A DNA stretch of 64,000 bases from positions 14,942,001-15,006,000 of the forward strand of contig OY740818.1 in the NCBI GenBank assembly GCA_963514005.1, given 5' to 3'. Source of the stretch: Raja brachyura. Taxonomy: Eukaryota. Shown here piece by piece: positions 1 to 13,021 of the stretch (position 1 is its first letter; every line of letters starts with the position of its first letter). The notes beneath the pieces were generated by a model. That model saw nothing but the letters and a program-made list of their open reading frames with translations. It did not search any database and had not been told where the DNA came from. Position numbers and translations under genes: made by a program.

Positions 1-720
1 GAGATCAGCGAGTACAGGTGCACAGTTCCCTGAAAGTGGTAAGTCGTGTGAACAGGACAGTGAAGGCAACGTTTAGCATGCTTGCCTTCAATGGGAAGAA
101 CACAGAGTACAAACGTTGTGACATCATAATGCAGCTGTACAAAACATGGGCGAGATTGCCTTTGGAGTACTATGCGCCGTTCTGATCACCTAGCTAAAGG
201 AAGGATTTTATTAAGTTAGACAGGGAGCAGAAGACAATACACATATGTAACTGATGTAACACATATGTAACATATGTAACGTGGGCTTGAGTTATAGGGA
301 GAGGTTGAAAAGGATGAGAGTTCCCTTTGGAGCGTAGGAGGCTGAACGATGACATTACTGAGGTGTACAAAATAATGCGCGGCATGGATCACATGAATGC
401 TCATAGCTAATTTCCCCAGGGTAGAAGATTCAAATACTAGATGTCAAAGGCTTATGATGAGAGTAGAGAGATTTAAGTGGGTCATCAGCGGTAACTTTTT
501 CCACTCAAAAGATTGGCCGTATCTGGAATGAATTGCCAGAGCAAGCTTTAGAAGCTAATGCAATAACAAATTCCAAACGCCTTCTTGACAAACATATGAT
601 CAGAAGAGTTCATAGGGCTATGGGTCAAATATAGGCAAATGGGATGAGCCAAATGGTCCAAACATGGTCAGATTACACAAGGTGAGCCAAAGAGACAGTT
701 TCTGCTGTATAGCTCAACAA
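1..720 (+). mobile_element. Decayed CR1-type LINE 3' fragment (end of ORF2 plus tail)
   Basis: Degenerate CR1 ORF2 C-terminal coding (VQVHSSLKV..., QLYKT...LEY..., RRLNDDITEVYKIM) with stops, followed by a CR1-type tail. A small (ACATATGTA)n repeat sits at about 240-281. Confidence 0.75.
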
Positions 721-1374
721 CTCAAACTATCCAGGAACAAGTGTCCTCAAGTGTGAACAAAATGCATCTCCAGAGGAGGTGTTGGCACTGATTAGTGGGC
801 AACTCCCACATCAGAAGTCTGTGGATCCATATCCCACCTCAGATGTAGCTTCACCTGTAAATTAATGCATTACAAGGTGCTGACAACACCACTTCTCGAA
901 CAATTCAGAAAAAACTGCCAATGCTGGAATCTTGAGCAAAAAAATAAAGGAAATCAAATGGATAGGTAGCATCTGTGGAGGGAATAGACAAATTATGTTT
1001 CTGGCCAGGACCTTTCTTCAGCTGGCCTTGAGTAAATAAAAGTGCAATCATAAAACCCTAACCTGACCGAGTAAAGCTAAACCAGAGGATACTACTCTTT
1101 AGGGAGTAGCACCACACTGCTAAATGAGCCTTCTGTCTGGTGAGGCATCCACTCAGCTTTCTTTTGGGTGAGCCTCCGTATTCAGCCTTCTGATCGGTCC
1201 TTCGATAAGCTCGGGTCTTGTCCAGCATACCTCATTGCAGACATTGAACTTTGTGTCCAGAAGTGCTACGATACAACACCGAGATCTATATTCTGCTCCC
1301 TGGACCCTGCTCATCATTCCATATTTTGTACTTGTACTTGCCGCAAGTCCTCACCTATCACCCTATCAGCCGTC

Positions 1375-1890
1375 GCTTACAGCATATAATCCTCCAACAT
1401 TTTTGCCAACTCCAACGGGATCCCACCACTCGTCACATCTTACCATCTCCGCCCCTTTCCACAGACAGTTACCTCCGCAACTGGTGAACTTGTCCATTCC
1501 CACCCAAATCACCGCCTCCCCAGGTACCTTCCCCTGCAACCATAGGAGGTGCTACGCCTGACCCTATACCTCCTCCCTCAACTCTGTCCAGGGACCGCAA
1601 CCGTCCTTTCAGGTAAGGAAGAGTTCATTTACACCTCCTCCAACCTCATCTACTGTATTCGCTGTCCCAGGTGTGGACTCCTATATCAGTGATGCCAAGT
1701 GCAGACTGGACGATCTATGTACCTCTTCATATCTCATCTCCCTCTCCCCTGACACTCAATCTGAAGGGCCTCAACCAGAAACATCATCTATTCCTTTTCT
1801 CCAGAGATGCTGTCTGACCCTCTGAGTTACACCGGCTTTTTGTGTCTATCTTGTGTGTAAACCAGCATCTGCAGTTCCTTCCTACATGTT
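1375..1890 (+). mobile_element. Penelope-like element fragment (Zn-knuckle/GIY-YIG start plus 3' tail)
   Basis: Broken frames give HIILQHFCQLQRDPTT, GTFPCNHRRCYAC and TSSNLIYCIRCPRCGLLY, matching the copy at 22230-23386. The shared tail (degenerate hammerhead-like motif; ...CCAGCATCTGCAGTTCCTTCCTAC) follows. Confidence 0.75.
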
Positions 1891-2099
1891 TTGCCTTGGT
1901 TATATGTGTATTGCATTATCTGATTTGATTGGATAGCATGCAAGCTGTCCACTGCACTTCATTAACGGGACAATTGTGCAGTTAAATCAACTCATCTCAT
2001 CTATCAGGTGAGACGTTCACTCATCTCTTCCGTCAGATTAATTTAAAAGTTGCATTTTGAAGTGTTGATAAGCTTTCTCCTTAACCTCTGTCATTCCAC

Positions 2100-2395
2100 A
2101 AATGGATCGGGTACTTTTACCCAGAGTAGGGACATCGAGGACCAGCGGACAGAGGTTCAAGGGGAAAAGATCCGTGAGGTAACCTTTTCCACACAGAGGG
2201 TGGTGGGTGTATGGAACAAGCTGCCAGGGGAGGTAGTTGAGGCTGGGAATATCCAATCATTTAAGAAACAGTTGAACAGGTACATGGATAAGACATGTAT
2301 GGAGGGTTCTGGACGAAGCGCAGGCAAGTGGGACTAGGTGTGGGCGAGTTGGGCCGAGGGGCCTGTTGCTACACTGTATTAATCTATGACTCTAG
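2100..2395 (+). mobile_element. CR1 LINE 3' end
   Basis: ORF 2050-2337 contains FSTQRVVGVWNKLPGEVVEAG..FKKQLNRYM, the typical CR1 ORF2 C-terminus. Tail GGGCCGAGGGGCCTGTT...TCTATGACT. Confidence 0.85.
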
Positions 2396-2749
2396 TCGAT
2401 CTATGACTATAAATTAAAAAAAGAAGATAGACACAAAAAGCTGGAGTAACTCAGCAGGACAGGCAGCATCTCTGGAGAGAAGGAATGGGTGACGTTTCGG
2501 GTCGAGACCTTTCTTAGACTAGTCTGCGGAAAGTGAAACGAGAGATGATGTAGAGATAGAGAACAAAAAAAACGTAAATTGAAGGTGATCACACTCCCAT
2601 CTAATACGTCTGGATGCACTGAAATACGCTACAATATTTCATACTACAACTTCAGCAAATGAAGTGGGGCTCAACCAATGGCACATCACATGGTCAAGTG
2701 GGTTCAATCGGGAAATTATACAGCGGAGTCCAGTGTGTGTTAAGAATCG

Positions 2750-3430
2750 GGCGGAAAATGCGGAAATGCGTCGAAACCAGCAAAGGATCCGGCCGCTGCT
2801 CAACATCATTCCCACATCTCTTCAGGCCCAAGACTTGGCCTCACCCGCCTTTTGGGCGCAAACCTGGGGCCTGTTTCAACGAAACGTCGGCAAGGCCCTG
2901 AGCAGAGGGAGCGGAGGCCTTGTACTTGTGGCACACCCGTGGGACGATTCCCTGGAAGCTCCAGCCCACTTAACCCACGACCGCCCCAGGCTGCATGGGG
3001 CCGGGCCGGACCGGGCCCCGGTTACCAGCCGCCGACCCCGGCCCATCCACCGCCTACATCGGGCCTAAGCCTTGGCGTCACACCGTCAAGCGAAGGCCTC
3101 GGCCTATGCCATTCGTGCCCACCGCGGGTCCGGTCCAGTCCATGCCAGAGCGGGCCGAGAGCCTGAGGCCGGGCCGGCGACCACTCCGCGGGCTACTCAC
3201 CGCCTTCCCGAGGCCTCTCTCCGCTCGCTGCCACGTCCGTCTCTCGCCCGCCCGCCCGCCGCGCTGACGCAATGACGTACGCGCTGCGTCACGGCGCACA
3301 ACAAGCTCCGGGGTGTCGCGCATGCTCACTGCACGCAGTGAAGCCCGGCGCCATTTGCCGGCGGTGAGGGGAGAAGATGTTGTCGCCGCCGCCGCCGGTC
3401 GGGGCTGCCTCAGGTCACACACGCAGCACG
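2750..3430. promoter_or_regulatory. CpG island / housekeeping-type promoter
   Basis: Very GC- and CpG-rich. Tandem GC boxes at 3247-3260, CRE/ATF-like half sites (TGACGCAA 3265-3272, TGACGT 3273-3278, TGCGTCA 3285-3291), NRF1-like GCGCATGC at about 3318-3325, and a YY1 core CGCCATTT at 3349-3356. Confidence 0.75.
3201..3260 (-). other. Putative non-coding first exon of a divergent - strand gene (SEC24C suspected from synteny)
   Basis: Consensus donor GCG|GTGAGT on the - strand at 3201/3200, directly downstream of the promoter motifs. No coding exon of this gene is visible, so identity and TSS are inferred only. Confidence 0.45.
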
Positions 3431-3473
3431 GTCTGATCCACAACCTTTCCCGTTATTAAGCCGATAAGGATGT

Positions 3474-3800
3474 GTTTTGGAAGGAACTGTGGATGCTGGT
3501 TTACACCGAAGATGGACACAAAATACCGGAGTAACTGGGTCTCGACACGAAACGTCACCTTGATTCATAGAAATTAGGTGCAGGAGTAGGCCATTCGGCC
3601 CTTCGAGCCTCTACCGCCATTCAATGTGATCATGGCTGATCATCCAACTCAGTATCCCGTACCTGCCTTCTCTCCATACCCTCTGATCCCCTTGGCCACA
3701 AGGGCCACATCTAACTCCCTCTTTAATATAGTGAATATAGTAAATGTAGATTCCTTCTCTAGAGACCCCGCTGAGTTACTCCAGCTTTTTTGTCTATCCA
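3474..3800. mobile_element. PLE-tail fold-back unit interrupted by a - strand CR1 tail (3566-3730)
   Basis: An inverted PLE tail arm (GGAAGGAACTG...GGAGTAACT) and GGGTCTCGACACGAAACGTCACC are followed by a CR1 tail nearly identical to the reverse complement of about 15940-16105. The direct arm (CCCGCTGAGTTACTCCAGC) then resumes. Confidence 0.65.
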
Positions 3801-3904
3801 AGCTGATGGGGATCCGTTTGATTTATAACAAAGACCCAGTGTTTGTGTAAGGCTCATAGTTAGAGTCCTCATTGGTGACCCTCGGACGGTCTTTGCTCGG
3901 ATAC

Positions 3905-4590
3905 AGATTCAAAATGCTGGAGTAACTCAGCGGGTCAGGCAGCATCTCTGGAGAGAAGGAATAGGTGACATTTCGGGTCGAGACCCTGCTTCAGACTCCA
4001 GTACACTAGTTATATGTCCTTCTTCAGACAGTCAGGGGAAATGGAAACGAGAGATATGGATGATGATAGGGAAAAATATAGAACAAATGAATGAAAGAAA
4101 TGCAGACAAACTTAACAATGATCAAGGAAATGGTCCGTTAGCTGCGGACTAGGTGAAAACAAGTTATACATAAAATGAAATCCATCGGGACCTCAGTGAG
4201 ACTAGTGCAATGACTAGGATGGAGGAATGATGGAGAGAGAAATAGGGGGCAGCAAGCGTTACTTGAAGTTAGAGAAATCAATACTCATGCCACAGGTAAG
4301 CTGCCGAAGCAAAATTTGTGCTCCAATTTGTGTTTGGCCTCAATCTGACAATGGAGGAGGCCCAGGGCAGAAAGGTCAGTCTGGGAAGGGGAGTTAACGT
4401 GTTTGGCAACCAGGAGATCGCGTAAGCCCATGTCGCATAGACCCAGCATAGGTGTTCAGCAAAACGATCGCCCAGTCAATGTTTGGCCTCGCCGATGTAT
4501 AAAAGTCCACACCTCGAAGAACGGAAACAGTAGATATCGGACTTACACTTGCAGACATCTGAAGAACAACCTCGCAGCATCCATACTCTC
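3905..4590 (-). mobile_element. Penelope-like element 3' fragment (GIY-YIG remnant plus tail)
   Basis: 4255-4540 is homologous to 22420-22700 and 56010-56290. Tail with hammerhead-like motif at 3963-3996. Confidence 0.7.
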
Positions 4591-5845
4591 AGTACCCTTC
4601 AAAGTCATAATTAAAAAATAAAGGTGCTGTCGATTTAAATATAAAACAAAAAACATTCAGCAAGTTTGGCAACATCTGTGGAATGAGAAGTTGCATTAAT
4701 ATTCTAGGTTGAGGACTTAATCTGAGCCACTCAAAAAAGAGGAAGGAAACCTTTATGTCCATATGTAAGATAATTATTTGCAGGTCTCCTAAGGAAAAAA
4801 ACGTTCTGTGCGGACCTGGCATGAACCCGATGGGCTGAATGGCCTTACAGTGTATTCCTAAGTTCATCTAGGGTCTGCTTTCTTAGGCGTTTATATCCGA
4901 TTCCAATGTAACTATTGCAAAGCAGATAATTAAACAATGAGGAGAAAAACACAAATAAATCTGAATTAGGTTCAGGAATGCAAGCAACTTCTGTGGAGAG
5001 AGAGAGACATTGTTTATATTTGAGAAAATCTTACTGAAATAAATCGCTCTGAAAGACAAAAAAAGAGCTGCTTCGTTTCCAACCGCGCAACAGTGACTGG
5101 GAAGCTATGTATTTGACTGCACAGTTTGAAAGGTCCAATTTTAACATAACGTTGTGACTTATTCAAGCAAATCTTCCTGCAGAATCAAACGTTGTTTTGG
5201 CATTAATGTTGTGAAGCGGCAATGTCATAATATGCACAATTAATATTTCTGACGTGACCAGTGTCCGCATATTCAACACCTGAAACGACCACAGTGTTAT
5301 TCTTTGCAATCTAAACCGGTTAAATTGGAACCCAGAGCATGTCCGAAACAATCAGATACAGATATTATCCTTTCACTATTCAGTTTTCGAATTGAACAAA
5401 TGTCCCAAAATACTTTCGCTGTAAATCTCTGTGCAAATCCTGGCAACAATGGTGAACAATTGGTACTTGATCGCATATCCCAGCATTATGCCTTTGGTGT
5501 TGTTTTTGGTGCTAACAAAACAGATAAAACCAAGAAGGGGCACTTCAGCTGACATTTATAGTGGCGTTTTAAACCTGAACTCAGGCATGTGCATTTTCCT
5601 TATGGATCTTTCCACAGCAGCGCTGTGCGATTGACGTAACATGTGCTGAAATTTGGCCTTCAACCAAGAGCCCCTTACGTTTGTTGCTGCTTTGCTGTGG
5701 GGAGGAGAGCACAACCGAGTGTCTCGCACTGACCTCTCGGCGGCCGCAACCAGTCACCTCGCTCAAGATGTGAATGATGGCGAGAACCAGGGCCATGGAG
5801 ACCACCCGGGAACATAACGTTTGTTGAAGAGACGAGGAGGAGGTC

Positions 5846-5950
5846 ATGGGGACCGGCGAAGAAACCCTCGTCACCTTGAGTGGTGGTGCGCCCTGGGGCT
5901 TCAGGCTACATGGAGGATCCCACCAAAGCATGCCGCTTCGAGTCGCCAAG
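5846..5950 (+). CDS. SYNPO2L: Synaptopodin-2-like protein, coding exon 1 (PDZ N-terminal half)
   Basis: MGTGEETLVTLSGGAPWGFRLHGGSHQSMPLRVAK contains the GGAPWGFRL PDZ carboxylate-binding loop. 105 nt, phase-0 donor AAG|GTAGGA. Confidence 0.93.
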
Positions 5951-8841
5951 GTAGGACAGCGGCCCAACACACTAACCCCCACCCCAAACCCGGCCAGGGA
6001 GAGTCCCCAACGCGACCCGCCAAAGAGGGATCCCAGATAAAAGAGAGACCTCCAAGACAGAGAGGTGGTGGGGTGGGGGTGAGAAGTAGGGACTGTAACA
6101 CAGAGGTAGACCCCAACTCATTGAGATCCGTACCCGAGCAAAGCCTTTTCTCCTCGCCTCCTCCCTTTGGACCCCAGCCCCGCAGAGAAATGAGAGAGAG
6201 AGCGGGACGACCGATAGCGAGATATCTCCTTTTAAAGATACATGCTCAGAGCCCTGCCGAGAAAGAGACCCACAAACCTAGGGAGACGAGGGAAATGCGC
6301 GTAACTGCCCCCCCAAATTGGAGGGAGGGAGGGGATTGCCAGGAAGAAAGACTCAGACCAAGAGACACCCCAGAAGTTCGCTAAACTGGGAAAGAGAACA
6401 CCCCCAGCCTTCATCTGCAAATGGTTTGTGGAGTTCGGGACACACACACAATCACCGCATTTCGACATAATTTACTGCAATTATGCTCGATTCTGTTTTC
6501 GCACCTGCCAATTACTTTAAACTTTGATCTCAAATTACTCGGGGCAAAGACCCCGAACGTGTAAAGGCGGTCGGTAAAGTCAGACTAACTTTGAACGGCG
6601 GCGTGAGCGTACCGCGGGGGGTTTTGCAGGAGCCAAACTCTTCTCAGGATTGCACATGCATCATATCGATTTACCCTGTTGCTAAGGCCCCGCGCGTGGA
6701 ATCAATATCACCCGGCTCCAATGCATCTCCAGCAGGATCCTTCAACCTGTAACACGAAGATACGCACAAGTCCAGCTGAATTATTTTCAGCAAAAACTTT
6801 GCCAAGCCCGTTAATTTGGTCAGTCTGGCTGGTAATTGGGAATATTCGCACATGATGTCGAAACTCGCTAGATCTGATTGAATCACTCCGCACGCCTGCA
6901 ACATTAACGCGGGCAGCGGCCAAAAGGTTTTGGAGGTCAGATGCCAAATAAATCCTCCATGAGATAAGAGGGGAGGAGGATACTGACATTTGCTTTCAAT
7001 TCATTTCCAAGTCCCCATTCTGGAATAATATTGGAACGATTTTTAATTGTTATTAAATATCTATACTACAAAGGTGACTATACCACAAAAGGTGTAAGTT
7101 GCACTGAGGCAAGCACAGATTCTGCAAAGCACCCTACAAATGCATTATTTCTTTTTTAACAACGTCAAGTATATCCATGTGTAGAAAGGAACTGCAGATG
7201 CTAGTTTACACCGAAGATAGACACACAAAGCTGGAGCAAATCAGCAGGTCAGATTGAAGAAGGGTCGGACCCAACACGTCCCCTATTCCTTTTCTCCAGA
7301 GATGCTGCCTGACCCGCTAAGTGTGTCTATCTTCCAAGTCTATCCATGGCGCTTTCACATAGCCAGCACAGACATAATGTTTCAAATAGCCTTCTTCTGT
7401 ACAATATAATTCTGTGATTCCAGATAACTGCTTTATTCCTTGCCCTGTTTTTAGGCCTTAGCAACTGATCAGTGATCACATACTTTGCTGGAACAGTAAT
7501 CACATTGGAAAGTGGAAACAGATGGTATAAATAATACGGGGAAAAAAGCATGTTTGTGACCTGTATGTGAGCTGAGAGTATTGGATCAGAAATATCCCAC
7601 CCAGCAAGCTGTCTCCATTGCCAACACCACAGATCTTTCAGATTTTCAGAATACTTGTATGAAAATAATTGTAAATTCAGTAATTGTTTGTTCAGAAGAT
7701 TGCAAATCTACACCAATTTAAATAAGTTGCTGATTTGAAGGGTCTCGAGACAAAACATCACCCCTTTACTTCTCACCAGAGATGCTGCTGCATTACTCCA
7801 GCATTTTGTGTCTATCTTCGGTATGTAACCAACATCTGCAGTTCCTTCCTACACAATTCTTTTTCATTGTCTGTGCGTTACCAGTGTCACATTCAGTTTA
7901 AGGCAGTGATGCGGTTGTAATGTTGATAACAGAAACGGTTCAAAATGAGCAGGTGAGCAGTCTTGCCTTTCAATTAGAATTAGAACCTGCAGAATGGATT
8001 CAGGTTAAAAATAAATCTTATCAGTTTGGAATAGGTATAGTAATGAGACCTGTGTCTAATGAGTGTAGTGAGTGCAAAAGGAAAGTGAAGGAGTGGGAAA
8101 AGCAGGCACTGGGGAACGTTTTCAGAGAAAATGTGTAAAACAGGTCTGAGCAAGGTATGTGATGCTGGATTTTGGAGAGATTAATGGTGGCATTTAAGGT
8201 TAGGATAGTGAATGTTGCAGCCAAGACATGTTTACATTGAAGTCCATATCAAACATCTATGTTATTTGAGTCCATCGAACATTTATTTGTGTCCAGAGAA
8301 ACATTATTGGAGGAAATAATAAATTGTGAAAAATGTTGAGAAGGGCAATGAGGTAAACTGGGTAGCTGAAAATTAGTTGATTGGTCAGATCCTTGGAAAT
8401 ATGAGCCTATTATGATGATGGGATGAAAGCATATTTATTTGTTTGTTCAAAAGTAAATTTCTCATAGACTTGCTCTTGTCAGGAGAGTGTTGTAGGACAA
8501 CAGAAGAGCATGGATTTAGATCTCTTCAAGATGATATGCATCATCTAATTGGTTTAAGTCAACAGAGGTTCATTGCATTCAAGCTCAATCAATGTTCAGA
8601 TACGTTGATCTTGTGAGATATCTCTGATTAAAAATGTTAAACTTTATTAAGAGTACATTACCACTAATAACGAGTGCCATTGTAAATATACAGTGTAGGA
8701 GAATGTCAGAATGTGCATTGAGTGTAATTTTGTTTACCATTTGGTGGTTTGTTATTCAATGTTATCACATGAAATTGCTGAAAATGTGAAATATGAATAT
8801 AAAGATTAAAAATCACTCAAAAATTCCCTCTGAAAAGAATC

Positions 8842-9581
8842 AATCACAATCGCAATAATACTTTTTAGCCAAGTATGTTTTGCAACATACAAGGAATTTC
8901 ATTTGCCAAGTCAGTCACACAATAAAAATCAACGAACACACACAACACATTTTAACATGAACATCCACCACATTTCTCCTCCACATTTCTCACTGTGATG
9001 GAGGACGAAAAAAATGTCAATCTCTTCCCTTAGCTCTCCCGCGGTCAGGGTCCTCGAGCCCTCCATTGACGGGACGATCTTGACTCCCGTAGCCGGCGGC
9101 GTTTGGGCAGTCCGCGTCGGGGTGATGAGCTCCTGCATCGGGGGGATGCCGGCTTCCCCGCGCCGGCTATCGAACCCTGCATCGGGGCTGGTTGAACCTT
9201 CCTCGACATTGGAGCTTCCCGACTCGGCCTCTCCCGAGACTGCGAGCACCCGATGTAAAGCCCCCAGGCCGCAGTTGGAGCGATCACAGGCAAGGGATCA
9301 ACTCCGATGTTAAGTCCACACCCCACGGGTGCACTCAAGGTCAGTCCGAGGATGCCTCCAGCTCCATCGATGTTAGGCCGCTGAGCGACCGGAGACACGA
9401 TACGAAATATAATCGCATCTCCGGCAAGGTAAGAACAGAAAAAAAAAAGTTTCCTCCGACCCTCACATAAATCAAACCGGAGAACGTTTACACAAACTTT
9501 TAACACGCACTAAAAGTAAAAAAGATGAAAAAATGGACAGACTGTTTGCGGTGCTGTCAATTGTGCAGCACCCCTGGTGGT
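8842..9581 (-). mobile_element. GC-rich non-autonomous retro-element (LINE-derived, SINE-like), copy A
   Basis: CpG-rich core in an AT-rich intron. On the - strand it has a hairpin at 8962-9004, then a LINE-type tail ending in short simple repeats. Same architecture as 27980-28803 and 53480-53870. Confidence 0.6.
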
Positions 9582-11103
9582 AATACGACAGTATCTCCAA
9601 ATGTGGCTTGGTGGTCATTTTTATCTGATTACATTCTGTGAAGTGCCAAAATATTTTATTCTCCTATGAGTTAAACTAATACAAGTTGCTGTTGAAACCT
9701 ACCTACCTCATTCATCGTGTTGCTCTAATATGAAGCTGATAATAAGATAAATTGAACTGGGAAACGTACTCAGAAATATAATGAGTATCAATTAGAACAC
9801 AGGCAGCAGGGATTAGATGAAATTAGGTTTAAAAATGATCGAACAAAAGCATGAATGGTAGTAGATAAATTGAGGCAGTGGCAGGTCATGTTGCAGAGAA
9901 TTAATTTGCATGACAGATCAATATGGCGTCACCAGCGCAGTTCATAATCAGATAAGGCACACAGATTGCACATTATCAAAATATTTTCACTTGTTGAAGG
10001 ATCAATTAAATGGATTATTTTGAGAAGATGAACTAGGTGAAAAGTAAAGGAACAATTTAGTAGCTTGCAAGGCAATAAACAAAAACTCAAGATTACAACA
10101 TTTATTATGCTCTTCGACAATCTGCCATAACAATTTGTAAATTTAGCACGACATTACAAAGGGCATATTGAAAACATATTTTCTTAGGACTGCTCTCATT
10201 CATTGCTAAATATTGTTCCCACAATTAACTACAGATTTGCCCCACATCTTGTGACGGTACATTTGGGATTTTATTTTTTTTGGGTAGGGGTAAGGTCACT
10301 TTCAATCAGCCGATGGAAAGAAAAGGTCATCCTTTCCTCGGCTGAATGCTTGACAGAGAATTTGAATATAAGGTATGCAGTTCTGACTATGGGAAAGGTG
10401 AGAAGCTCTTCGGACATTGCTTGCTAGCATTTTGGCTTGATCGATGGTGACATCACCTGGCTCAGTTAACAGAGTATTATCTGTGGACACAAGCACTGTT
10501 CATCCATTGCCACAGTCTCTGAAGGACTGTTCTTTAAATCAGAGCTTGAACCGAGTTCCTGTCTGCTTGTTGGAATGAGTGGAAATAGTGATATGGGATT
10601 CGATATGGGAAAGCACAGCTGCTGAATCCTTGCCAGAGAGCATTCCCAGTGCTCAGTATTTCATAGAGACTTAAGGCAGAGCAACATGTCTCTTGGTTAA
10701 ACACTTAGTTTGCTTTAGTTTAGTTTAGTTTATTATCACTGAGATGTAGTGAAAAGCTTTTGGTGCATGCATATTTTGGCTTTTTTAACTATTTTTGCCT
10801 GTGCCAACTCTTTGAAAGAAATATCCAATTTATTCCACTTCTTGTATTCCATTACCAGAACCCTTTATTTTTTTCCTTTTCACATATTTGTTACTTTCCC
10901 TGTTGTAACTTCTGCTTTCACAAACCTTTCACGTTGCATTGAAAACAATCCTCCTTCTCTCACTTTTTGGGCCAAGTTTTGCAAAAACATCAGATCACAT
11001 TCTCGAGACATTTATTTTGAGATTAAATAATTTAATTTCATTTTCATTTTATGAATGTCAATCTGCCGTTAGATGATGGAATTTCCCAGGAACTACTCAG
11101 ATA

Positions 11104-11397
11104 GGGGCAGCACAGTGGTGCAGCGGTAGTGCTGCTGGGTTTGATCCCGACTATGGGTGCTGTCTATACGGAGTTTGTACGTTCTTCCTGTGACCACGTA
11201 GGTTTTCTCAGTGATCTTCGGTCTCCACCCACACTCTAAAGACATACAGGTTTGTAGGTTAATTGACTTGGTATAAGTGTAAATTGTCCTTAGCATGTGT
11301 AGGATCATGTATGTTAATGTCCGGGAATCGCTGGTCAGTTCGGACTCAGTGGTCAGAAAGGTCTGTTTCCGCGCTGTATCTCTAAACTAAACTAAAA
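11104..11397 (+). mobile_element. tRNA-derived V-SINE (HE1-like) with CR1-type tail
   Basis: A-box-like GTGGTGCAGCGGTAG, B-box-like GGTTTGATCCC, V-domain-like GGAGTTTGTACGTTCT...CCCACACTCTAAAGAC, and tail CTGTTTCCGCGCTGTATCTC(TAAAC)n. Confidence 0.8.
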
Positions 11398-11461
11398 TCG
11401 CATCCAGTTAAGGAGCAGCCCCGCTAAGCCCCGAACACTGGTATTTTGATAAGCCCTTCTA

Positions 11462-13021
11462 CAGTGCCCTCCATAATGTCTGCGACAAACACCCATCATT
11501 TATTCAAACTCACATGTGGTTAAAGTGCACATTGTCAGATTTTAATAAAGGCCATTTTTATACATTTTGGTTGCACCCTGTAGAAATTACAGCAGTGTTT
11601 ATAATCCCCCCATTTCAGGGCACCATAATGTTTTGGACATAGCAATGTCATGTAAATGAAAGTAGTCATGTTTAGTATTTTGTTGCATATCCTTTGCATG
11701 CAATGACTGCTTGAAGTCTGCGATTCATGGACATCACCAGTTGCTGGGAGTCTTCTGTGGTGATGCTCTGCCAGACTTGTATTGCAGCCATCTTTAGCTT
11801 AAGTTTGTTTTGGAGGCTAGTCCCCTTCAGTTTTCTTTTCAGCATATAAAAGGCATGCTCAATTGGGTTCAGATCGGGTGATTGACTTGGTCACTCATGA
11901 ATTCACCATTTGTTGCTTTAGCAGTATATTTGGGATCATTGTCTTGCTGTAGAATGATCTGCCGACCAATGAGTTTTGAGGCATTTGTTTGAACTTGAGC
12001 AGATAGGATGTGTCTATACACTTCAGAATTCATTATGCTACTACCATCAGCAGTTGTATCATCAATGAAGATAAGGGAGCCAGTACCTTCAGCAGCCATA
12101 CATGCCCAGGCCATAACACCCCACCACCGTGTTTCACAGATGAGGTGGTATGCTTTGGATCTTGGGCAGTTCCTTCTTTCCTCCATACTTTGTTCTTGCC
12201 ATCACTCTGATATAAGTTAATCTTCGTCTCATCTGTCCACAAGACCTTTTTCCAGAACTGTGGTTGCTCTTTTAAGTACTTCTTGGCAAACTATAACCCG
12301 GCCATCCTATTTTTGCAGCCAACCAGTGTTTTGCATCTTGCAGTGTAGTCTCTGTATTTCTGTTCATAAAGTCTACTGCGGACAGTGGTCATTGACAAAT
12401 CCACACCTGACTCCCGAAGAGTGTTTCTGATCTGATGGACAGGTGTTTGGTGGTTTTTCTTTATGTCATCAGCTGTGGAGGTCTTCCTTGGCCTGCCAGT
12501 TCATTTGCGATTAGAAAGCCCACCAGTGCTCTCTTTCTTCTTAATGATGTTCCAAACAGTTGATTTTGGTGAGACTAAGGTCTGGCTGATGTCTCTAACA
12601 GTTTCATTCTTGTTTCTCAGTCTCATAATGGCTTCTTTGACTTTCATTGGCACAACTTTGGTCCTCATGTTGATAAACAGCAATAAAAGCTTCCAAAGGT
12701 GATGGAAAGACTGGAGGAAAAAATAGATGCTGAGAGCTCTCTTATTAAGGAGGCAATTAAACATACCTGAGCAATTACAAACACAGGTAAAGCCATGTGT
12801 CCCAAACATTATGGTGCCTTGAAATGGGGGGGACTATGTATAAACACAGCTGTAATTTCTACATGGCGAAACCACAATGTATAAAAATGGCCTTTAATAA
12901 AATCTGGCAATGTGCACTTTAACCACATATGATTTTTTTCTATTGCAAATCTTAAATTGTGGAGTACAGAGGTAAATAAATAAATGATGGGTCTTTGTCC
13001 CAAACATTATGAAAGCCACTG
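11462..13021 (-). mobile_element. Tc1/mariner DNA transposon, IR/DR type, with defective transposase
   Basis: TA|CAGTG at the left end and CACTG at the right end. TIRs of about 180-225 bp carry internal direct repeats (TGTCCCAAACATTATG at about 12798 and 12996). Transposase pieces on the - strand from ATG 12668: MRTKVVPMKVKEAIMRL, GRPRKT, WTDETK, VKHGGG, QQDNDPKYTAK, SQSPDLNPIE. Stops, frameshifts and deletions are present. Confidence 0.93.

Noticed and set aside
2659-3443. Multiple overlapping ORFs in the CpG island
   Set aside because: Expected from stop-codon scarcity in GC-rich DNA. Low-complexity R/P/G/A translations with no domain.
5596-5603. CArG box upstream of SYNPO2L (CCTTATGG)
   Set aside because: Only four A/T bases lie between CC and GG, and SRF sites need six.
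5821-6384. 187-aa Arg/Pro-rich ORF overlapping SYNPO2L exon 1
   Set aside because: Non-ATG start, out of frame with the PDZ exon, runs through GC-rich intron sequence and has no recognisable motif.
11104-11150. tRNA gene
   Set aside because: The A/B boxes belong to a SINE head that continues into V-domain and LINE tail. No cloverleaf can be formed.
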